Assembly (NCBI GenBank): GCA_041667145.1
Contig: JBAYFP010000004.1
Location: 9,100 to 73,099 of the forward strand
Length of the DNA stretch: 64,000 bases
DNA from: Minisyncoccota bacterium
GTDB lineage: Bacteria; Patescibacteriota; Minisyncoccia; Phycocordibacterales; UBA9973
Direction of reading: 5' to 3'
Made by a program: the position numbers and the translations under genes. Shown in pieces: positions 57,763-64,000 of this stretch. The notes beneath the pieces are model-generated. The model did not search any database, had not been told where the DNA came from, and worked only from the letters and a program-made list of their open reading frames with translations. The stretch's first letter is position 1; each line of letters begins with the position of its first letter.

Positions 57763-58218
57763 ATGAAAGAAACATTTTACAACGATGATGGTCACGGAGG
57801 TGATTTCAATAAAAAAGAAGTTGTTGACACTTTTAATTTTAATGAAGATATAGTTACAGAACCCAAAGAAGGTGATTTGGCATTATGTGCAAAGACAGGT
57901 GAAAGAAACTCAAAAAATGAGTACGAATGGGCACTTTTACCTATGCAATCTCAATTTGAGAAAGAGCACAGAGTTGTATTATTTTTTGGGAAAGAAGAAT
58001 CGGATGATTTTATAAAAAAAGCTGTTCGTTTTTTAGTAAAGAATTATCCTAAGATGGAACCTGGCGTTTTCAAAATTGATATGGATGCTTACAAGTATTT
58101 TAAAGAAGAATCAGAATTTTCGGATGTACTTTTTGTTAAAGTTACTCCAGAGAATTTTCATGAAAGAAATGTAATCACTGGTTTTGAGGATTTAAATTTT
58201 GGTAAAGAAAATATTTAA
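57763..58218 (+). CDS. Hypothetical protein
   Basis: 151-aa ORF. Confidence 0.7.
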   Translation: MKETFYNDDGHGGDFNKKEVVDTFNFNEDIVTEPKEGDLALCAKTGERNSKNEYEWALLPMQSQFEKEHRVVLFFGKEESDDFIKKAVRFLVKNYPKMEPGVFKIDMDAYKYFKEESEFSDVLFVKVTPENFHERNVITGFEDLNFGKENI

Positions 58219-58296
58219 ATGAGAGCTAGGGTAGAACTTTGAAAAAGTTTCATTACGGGGTATAATTAAAATATTATAAAATAAATTTCTTAAATT

Positions 58297-58794
58297 ATGT
58301 CAAAAGAAAAAATAAAAATGGTTGTTTGGTTTTTGATAGTCATCATAGTAGTCGGTGGTTTAGTTCTCATTACTATTAACAATAAAGGAGCAGAATCTGT
58401 TACTGATACATCATCAGGCACAGGACAAGAAAATATGCAAAATACACAACAAGTGGAAGGAGTTAAAATTACAATTGTCAAAGAAGGGACGGGAGCTCAG
58501 GCTAAATCAGGTGATACTGTTGCTATGAATTACACAGGAAAGCTCGTAGATGGCACTGTTTTTGATTCAAATGTTGATCCTAAATTTAATCATGTACAAC
58601 CTTTTGTTTTTTCATTGGGAGCAGGACAAGTCATTAAAGGTTGGGATGTAGGAGTAGCGGGGATGAAAGTCGGAGAGAAGAGGATCTTAGAAATTAATCC
58701 AGATTATGGTTATGGTGCGACTGGCGCTGGAGGAGTCATACCACCAAATGCGACCTTGGTTTTTGACGTCGAATTATTAGGAATTAAAGAATAA
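58297..58794 (+). CDS. FKBP-type peptidyl-prolyl isomerase
   Basis: YTG.L.DG.VFDS, VIKGWD.G, IPPNATL.F.VEL. Confidence 0.95.
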   Translation: MSKEKIKMVVWFLIVIIVVGGLVLITINNKGAESVTDTSSGTGQENMQNTQQVEGVKITIVKEGTGAQAKSGDTVAMNYTGKLVDGTVFDSNVDPKFNHVQPFVFSLGAGQVIKGWDVGVAGMKVGEKRILEINPDYGYGATGAGGVIPPNATLVFDVELLGIKE

Positions 58795-58799
58795 TTTAT

Positions 58800-59582
58800 A
58801 TGCAATTATCTCAAGAACAAAAAATAAAATTATATCGTGTTATTAAGATTGCTCTTATCGCTTTTATTGTCGCATTTGCTGTAAATATTATATTTGAGCT
58901 TACTTCCGATCATAATAGATACGGTAATAATCCAGAGAATACTATAAGTTTTTCTGGACACGGAGAGGTCACGGCTGTGCCTGACATTGCTAGCGTCTAT
59001 TTTACTATTAATAAAGATGCTAAGACAGTCAAAGAAGCGCAAGCGCTTGTCGCAGGGATCGAAAAGAAATCTTTAGATTTCTTGAAAACTAATAATGTCT
59101 TAGATAAAGATATTCAAGCTTCAAATGCTTCTTTTAGTCCAAAGTATGAATACAGATACGATACGAAAATATCAATGCCTTATCCAGGAAATAGTGTGAT
59201 CGTGGGTTATACTGCTTCGGAAAGCATAACGGTAAAAGTTAGAAATACTGATGATGTAGGGAAGATCATACAAGGGCTTGGTACATTAGGTGTCACCGAT
59301 CTTAGTGGCCCAAATTTTTCTATAGATAACGAAGATGGATTAAAAGCAGAGGCTAGAAAGAAAGCGATCGATGATGCAAAAGCAAAAGCAGAAGTTTTAG
59401 CGAGAGATTTAGGTGTTCATTTAGGCAAGATTACTTCTTTCAATGAATCTGGTAATTATCCTACCCCTATGTATGCAAAAGGAATGATGGATAGTGTTTC
59501 TAGTGCTCCAGCCAGAGCTCAAGTACCAAAAGGGGAGAATACGATAAGCTCAGATGTCACTATTACTTATGAGATAAAGTAA
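58800..59582 (+). CDS. SIMPL/DUF541 domain protein
   Basis: G.GEV.A.PD.A, A..DA..KA..LA..LG. Confidence 0.9.
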   Translation: MQLSQEQKIKLYRVIKIALIAFIVAFAVNIIFELTSDHNRYGNNPENTISFSGHGEVTAVPDIASVYFTINKDAKTVKEAQALVAGIEKKSLDFLKTNNVLDKDIQASNASFSPKYEYRYDTKISMPYPGNSVIVGYTASESITVKVRNTDDVGKIIQGLGTLGVTDLSGPNFSIDNEDGLKAEARKKAIDDAKAKAEVLARDLGVHLGKITSFNESGNYPTPMYAKGMMDSVSSAPARAQVPKGENTISSDVTITYEIK

Positions 59583-59586
59583 ATTT

Positions 59587-59838
59587 ATGGCAGAAGATTT
59601 AAATTTAGAAGGAAATAAAGAAATAGAAGAGGCTTTAAAAAAGCTTGAAATGGAAAATGCTGTCGAAGCTATAGAACGAGTCGCTCCAATTGTGAAAAAT
59701 GCTGACGCCCCTACTATGGTGCGATGGGTGATGAAGCTCTTTGGTGGATTAATAAAGACTCAAAAACAAGCGGAATACGTATTAGTAGTATTTGCGATAG
59801 TGATCTTTGGTATTTCTTTGTATTTATTTTTTAGTTAA
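59587..59838 (+). CDS. Small membrane protein
   Basis: GGLIK...QA.YVL followed by a TM. Confidence 0.75.
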   Translation: MAEDLNLEGNKEIEEALKKLEMENAVEAIERVAPIVKNADAPTMVRWVMKLFGGLIKTQKQAEYVLVVFAIVIFGISLYLFFS

Positions 59839-59842
59839 TGTT

Positions 59843-60373
59843 ATGAAAAATAAAATTATAAATAGAGGATTTACTCTGATAGAGCTTCTTGTCGTTGTGG
59901 CTATTATTAGTCTGCTTTCAAGTATTGTGATGAGTTCATTAAATTCTGCGAGGAGTAAGGCTAGAGATGCGACAAGGAAGAATGATTTAAGACAGCTTTC
60001 TATTGCAAATGAGTTACGTTTTAGTTCTGGTAATGATTATGCAAGTGCGAGTGGTTGGATTGAACCTAACTCAAATGGTACCCCAGATTCTATCGTTGGT
60101 GAGTTGACTCCAGGGTATATAGCAGAAATTCCAGGTTATCCATTAGCGACAAGGCGCTTTATGTATTTTAGAAAGACTACATCAACGTCTTGGCCTGCTC
60201 TCAATGACTGTTTGACTTTTTATGGGTATACAGGAAATGCATCCAAGTATGGTTTTTACATAAATCTTGAAAACCCTCCTTCTAGCCAAGATCCTAATAA
60301 CGTTGCTAATGGAGATGCATTTGATCTGTGTGTAGGATCTAAATATGGAATGAATTATAAGATTGGGAATTAG
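59843..60373 (+). CDS. Type IV pilin / type II secretion pseudopilin
   Basis: RGF|TLIELLVVVAII prepilin cleavage motif. Confidence 0.92.
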   Translation: MKNKIINRGFTLIELLVVVAIISLLSSIVMSSLNSARSKARDATRKNDLRQLSIANELRFSSGNDYASASGWIEPNSNGTPDSIVGELTPGYIAEIPGYPLATRRFMYFRKTTSTSWPALNDCLTFYGYTGNASKYGFYINLENPPSSQDPNNVANGDAFDLCVGSKYGMNYKIGN

Positions 60374-60457
60374 TTGACTATTTTAGGTAAAAAGAGTACT
60401 ATTAAAAGAGCCCTTGAAAGGGGGCTTTTTTAAAAGGTTTAGATTTTATATAAAAAT

Positions 60458-60643
60458 ATGTCGAAAATTACTGAATATTTAAAGGAAACAAAGGCAGAGT
60501 TAAAGCATGTGATCTGGCCAAATAGACAGCAAACTATTTATTATACTTTGATAGTAGTCGCATTGTCTGTCATCATTGCATACCTTTTAGGTATTTTTGA
60601 TTTTATATTCTTACAAGGATTACAGAAATTAATTTCTTTTTAA
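60458..60643 (+). CDS. secE: Preprotein translocase SecE
   Basis: ELKHV.WP, TM; upstream of nusG. Confidence 0.93.
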   Translation: MSKITEYLKETKAELKHVIWPNRQQTIYYTLIVVALSVIIAYLLGIFDFIFLQGLQKLISF

Positions 60644-60646
60644 ATT

Positions 60647-61192
60647 ATGTCAAAACAAGAAACGGAAGGATCAAGAAATTGGTATGCTATTCATACTTAT
60701 GCCGGATATGAAAATGTCGTTCTTCGTAACTTGAAGCAACGCATTGATTCATTGGGGATGAATGACAAGATTTTTAATGTTATTGTTCCGATAGAAAAAA
60801 AGATAAAAATAAAAGGTGGCAAGCGAGTAGAGGTGGAAGAGAAGATATATCCTGGTTATGTGCTTGTCGATATGATCGTCACAGATGATTCTTGGTATGT
60901 TGTTCGTAATACTCCACGTGTCACAGGGTTTGTCGGTGCTGGAGTAAATCCTGTTCCTCTCAAGAAAGAAGAAGTTGATTATTTATTCAAGAAAATGGAT
61001 ACGGGAACTGTCAGACACAACATTGATCTTGCTATTGATGAGATGGTTCGTATTGTAGACGGCCCATTTAAGGACCTTGAAGGTAAAGTAAACGCTGTCG
61101 ATCAAGAACGTGGAAAAGTAAAAGTTTTAGTTTCAATATTTGGTCGCGAGACACCAGTCGAACTCGATTTCTTGCAAGTTAAGAAGACTTAA
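60647..61192 (+). CDS. nusG: Transcription factor NusG
   Basis: WY..HT..GYE, PGYVLV, FGRETPVEL. Confidence 0.97.
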   Translation: MSKQETEGSRNWYAIHTYAGYENVVLRNLKQRIDSLGMNDKIFNVIVPIEKKIKIKGGKRVEVEEKIYPGYVLVDMIVTDDSWYVVRNTPRVTGFVGAGVNPVPLKKEEVDYLFKKMDTGTVRHNIDLAIDEMVRIVDGPFKDLEGKVNAVDQERGKVKVLVSIFGRETPVELDFLQVKKT

Positions 61193-61208
61193 GGTAATCT
61201 AAAATAAT

Positions 61209-61634
61209 ATGGCAAAAAAGATAACAAAAAAAATTAAATTACAAATCCAAGCTGCGAAAGCAACCCCAGCGCCTCCATTAGGGCCCGCATTGGGACAAGC
61301 TGGTATAAATATTGGAGATTTCGTTACCAAGTTTAATGCTGCGACTGCTAAAATGGCTGGGGATAAAGTATCTGTAAATATCACAGTTTATGAAGACAGA
61401 AGCTATGATTTCGTTGTGAAAACTCCTCCAGCTACAGGGCTTATCTTAAAAGCAGCTGGCGTGGAAAAAGGTTCAGGGAAAAATGCCACTAGTAAAGTCG
61501 GCAAGATTACCAAAGCTCAAGCTTGGGAAATAGCGGAAAAGAAAATGAAAGATTTGAATGCGAAAGACAAAGAAGGGGCAATCAATATCATCGCTGGCTC
61601 CGCTCGAAGTATGGGGATAGAGGTCAAAGATTAA
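61209..61634 (+). CDS. rplK: 50S ribosomal protein L11
   Basis: [23 protein letters not shown]. Confidence 0.97.
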   Translation: MAKKITKKIKLQIQAAKATPAPPLGPALGQAGINIGDFVTKFNAATAKMAGDKVSVNITVYEDRSYDFVVKTPPATGLILKAAGVEKGSGKNATSKVGKITKAQAWEIAEKKMKDLNAKDKEGAINIIAGSARSMGIEVKD

Positions 61635-61646
61635 ATAAACATTTTA

Positions 61647-61684
61647 TTAAAAAAGCCAATGGAGAAATCTGTTGGCTTTTTTAA
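61647..61684 (+). terminator. Terminator after rplK
   Basis: aaaaaagccaa..ttggctttttt. Confidence 0.75.
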
Positions 61685-61706
61685 TTTTTGGGAGTATGAT
61701 TATGGG

Positions 61707-62207
61707 ATGAAAAAAGTTACTAAAGTTGAAAAACACAAAAGACCTTCTTGGGATGAATACTTTTTAAATATGGTAGAAATGATCGGTACTCGTGGGACTT
61801 GTGATAGAGGATACGCTGGGGCTGTAATCGTGAAAGATAAGAGAATTTTAGCTACAGGGTACGTCGGTGCTCCGGCGGGGCTACCTAGTTGTGATGATAT
61901 TGGCCATGAGATGCATACTGTGATAAATGAAGATGGCACGGAGTCTAGGCACTGTATTAGAACTTCACATGCAGAGCAAAATGCTATAAATAATGCGGCA
62001 AGAGTAGGTGTCGCTATAGAAGGAAGTACTATGTACTGTAAGATGATTCCTTGTTATAAATGCGCACAGAGTATTATCAATTCAGGGATAGTTAGAGTGG
62101 TGGCTTTAAAAGACTATCATGGTGCGAAAAGAACAAAAGAGATTTTTAAACAGGCAAAAATCAAATTTACTATACTCGGAGCAATGGAGATTTATAAGGA
62201 TATGTAA
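61707..62207 (+). CDS. dCMP deaminase family protein
   Basis: RPSWDEYF, HAEQNA, PC..C. Confidence 0.92.
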   Translation: MKKVTKVEKHKRPSWDEYFLNMVEMIGTRGTCDRGYAGAVIVKDKRILATGYVGAPAGLPSCDDIGHEMHTVINEDGTESRHCIRTSHAEQNAINNAARVGVAIEGSTMYCKMIPCYKCAQSIINSGIVRVVALKDYHGAKRTKEIFKQAKIKFTILGAMEIYKDM

Positions 62208-62212
62208 ATAAT

Positions 62213-62764
62213 ATGACTAAAATAATTTTAGCAGTAGTTGGTTTGTTTGGTTCAGGAAAAACAGAAGCAATTGAATATTTAATAAAAAAAACGGGTTGGC
62301 CGAAGGTTTATTTTGGTGATGTAACTTTTGATGAGATGAAAAGAATTGGGTTGGAGATAAATGAGGCCAATGAACGTAAGACGAGAGAAAGATTGCGTGC
62401 AGAGTTTGGGCAACTTCTTTATGCACATAGAATGATAGAAAAAATTAAAGGCTTACAGAATTCGGAGAATGTTTTAGTAGAAAGTTTATATAGTTGGGAA
62501 GAATATTTAGAATTTAAAAAAGAATTCGGAGACTCTTTCAAGGTTCTTGCGATATATGCCTCTCCAGAGGAACGTATTAGTAGAATAAAAAATAGATCGA
62601 TTCGTCCGCTTAATAGGGAAGATGCAATTTCTCGTGATTATTCACAAATAGAAAACTTACATCAAGCAGGTCCGATAGCACGCGCAGATTTCACTATTTT
62701 AAATGAAAGTTCGAAAGAGAATTTATATAAACAAATTGATGAGATAATTAAGAAGATTTCTTAA
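62213..62764 (+). CDS. Dephospho-CoA kinase-like P-loop protein
   Basis: GLFGSGKT, R..R...R, AD..I.N. Confidence 0.8.
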   Translation: MTKIILAVVGLFGSGKTEAIEYLIKKTGWPKVYFGDVTFDEMKRIGLEINEANERKTRERLRAEFGQLLYAHRMIEKIKGLQNSENVLVESLYSWEEYLEFKKEFGDSFKVLAIYASPEERISRIKNRSIRPLNREDAISRDYSQIENLHQAGPIARADFTILNESSKENLYKQIDEIIKKIS

Positions 62765-63239
62765 TATATTCAACAAATTCTAGGTCATATTTATTTAATT
62801 CATCTTTTGGGTATTTTTTGCTATTTGTTTTCTGCCAAATATTTGTATCAATTGTCGGGAAAAATATATCAGCGTCGGGGAATTCTGCATCGACATGAGT
62901 AATATATAGCTTATCAGCTTTGTTTATAAACAATTTATATATTTGTCCTCCGCCAATAACAAAATTTTCTGTATTTTTATCTAAAATATTATCAAGCTCT
63001 TCTGCAGAATAAATTATTTCTATTCCCTCTGATTTGAAATTTTTATCTAGTGTAAGAATTATGTTTCTACGTTTTGGGAGTGGGCGGCCGATAGATTCGA
63101 AAGTTTTTTGACCCATTATGACAGTGTGTCCGGACGTTGTTTCTCTGAAATGTTTCATATCTCTCGGTAAATTCCAAAGAAGTTCATTCTTCTTTCCTAT
63201 TTCATTATTTTTACCGATTGCAGATATAAGTGAGATCAT
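62748..63239 (-). CDS. folA: Dihydrofolate reductase
   Basis: IG..N.L.W....D..F, MG.KT.ESI..PL..R, IGG. Confidence 0.96.
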   Translation of the reverse strand: MISLISAIGKNNEIGKKNELLWNLPRDMKHFRETTSGHTVIMGQKTFESIGRPLPKRRNIILTLDKNFKSEGIEIIYSAEELDNILDKNTENFVIGGGQIYKLFINKADKLYITHVDAEFPDADIFFPTIDTNIWQKTNSKKYPKDELNKYDLEFVEYIKKSS

Positions 63240-63312
63240 CCCAGTACTAAAATTTTAACTAATAATCTTTTATCTTTATATCCCGTAATCAAAAATTTAG
63301 TACGGGACAGGT
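63240..63312. mobile_element. MITE-like element filling the thyA-folA spacer
   Basis: cccagtactaaaatttt...aaaatttagtacgggacaggt; homologous to 13542-13649. Confidence 0.85.
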
Positions 63313-63314
63313 AT

Positions 63315-64000
63315 TTAAATGGCTATTTCAAAAGGAATCCGATCGTAACTCTGGTAATTAATTAATTTTGTATCATCAGATTTCCAATCAAAGATGGATT
63401 TCCAATTATTTGTTTCTATTTTTGGCAAGGAATATTTTTCAGGATCACGAGAAAGTTGTTCTTTTGCACCGTCTACATGATTTTCAAAAATATGAACATC
63501 AGCTAAAAATCCTACAAGTTTGCCTTCTTTAAAACCGGTTTCTTTGGCAATCAAATGAAGCAATAATGCGTAGCTTGCTATGTTGAAAGGAAGTCCAAGC
63601 ATTGTGTCTACAGAACGTTGATTCCACATTAAGTTTAATTTATCTCCAATTGTTGTTACTTGAAAAGAATAATGGCAAGGAGGAAGTGCCATTTCGTTAA
63701 ATTGTAATGGATTCCAAGCACTTACTATCATTCTTCTGTCACGTGGATTTGTTTTTAGTGTTTCTATGACTTTTTTAAGTTGATCTATCCCTTTCCCTGT
63801 ATGATCTGAATCATAATTTTCATATGGTGCATTGAAGTGACGCCATTGAAAACCATATATTGGTCCTAAATCTCTTTCCTCGAGCATTTTCTTTTTAGAA
63901 GCTTCATCATGTCCATAGGGAGCTTTTTGAGGTTTTGCCCACTCATCCCAAATATGATTATTTTTGTCTTGTAGCCATTTCTTGTCTGTTATCCCGTTTA
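63315..64000 (-). CDS. thyA: Thymidylate synthase (5' partial)
   Basis: LGP.YG.QWR, LPPCH, QRS.D..LG.PFN, D.H. Confidence 0.97.
   Translation of the reverse strand, partial: NGITDKKWLQDKNNHIWDEWAKPQKAPYGHDEASKKKMLEERDLGPIYGFQWRHFNAPYENYDSDHTGKGIDQLKKVIETLKTNPRDRRMIVSAWNPLQFNEMALPPCHYSFQVTTIGDKLNLMWNQRSVDTMLGLPFNIASYALLLHLIAKETGFKEGKLVGFLADVHIFENHVDGAKEQLSRDPEKYSLPKIETNNWKSIFDWKSDDTKLINYQSYDRIPFEIAI

Noticed and set aside
1-64000. CRISPR array
   Set aside because: No regularly spaced repeat-spacer series; the repeats are dispersed or are coding tandem units
1-64000. Alternative genetic code (UGA=Gly)
   Set aside because: Core genes are full-length under code 11, and TGA terminates several ORFs

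Overview
AT-rich bacterial chromosome segment, genetic code 11. It looks like a Patescibacteria/CPR genome (Parcubacteria, Nomurabacteria-like). This is inferred from CPR-style Cys-rich paralogs, pilMNO plus a pilin, and rplK with no rplA after it. Core regions (1-22 kb, 40-64 kb) hold uvrA/uvrC/mutM/ruvA, RNA-modification genes, a MacAB-type ABC exporter with two divergent ECF sigma factors, six tRNAs, secE-nusG-rplK and thyA-folA. A roughly 15-18 kb accessory island (about 22.5/25 kb to 40.2 kb) lies downstream of tRNA-Ser. It carries two orphan DNA methyltransferases, a large serine recombinase and a six-gene metabolic cassette. The most striking signal is a population of about 20 short palindromic elements in several families (about 21-160 bp). 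Many sit in frame inside conserved genes (uvrA x2, uvrC x3, mutM, ruvA, rluA x2, pduO, tsaE, tsaC, murB) and add peptides to them. Others supply stop codons, abut start codons, or bracket a Cys-rich gene as inverted copies beside a relic of that gene family's N-terminus. I saw none in the island and no cognate transposase in the window. Also seen: a candidate switchable leader RNA, a thrombospondin-1 domain surface protein, tRNA-Arg(GCG) with a duplicated 3' end, and pervasive leaderless-type promoters. All calls are from reading the sequence by eye; no searches were run.
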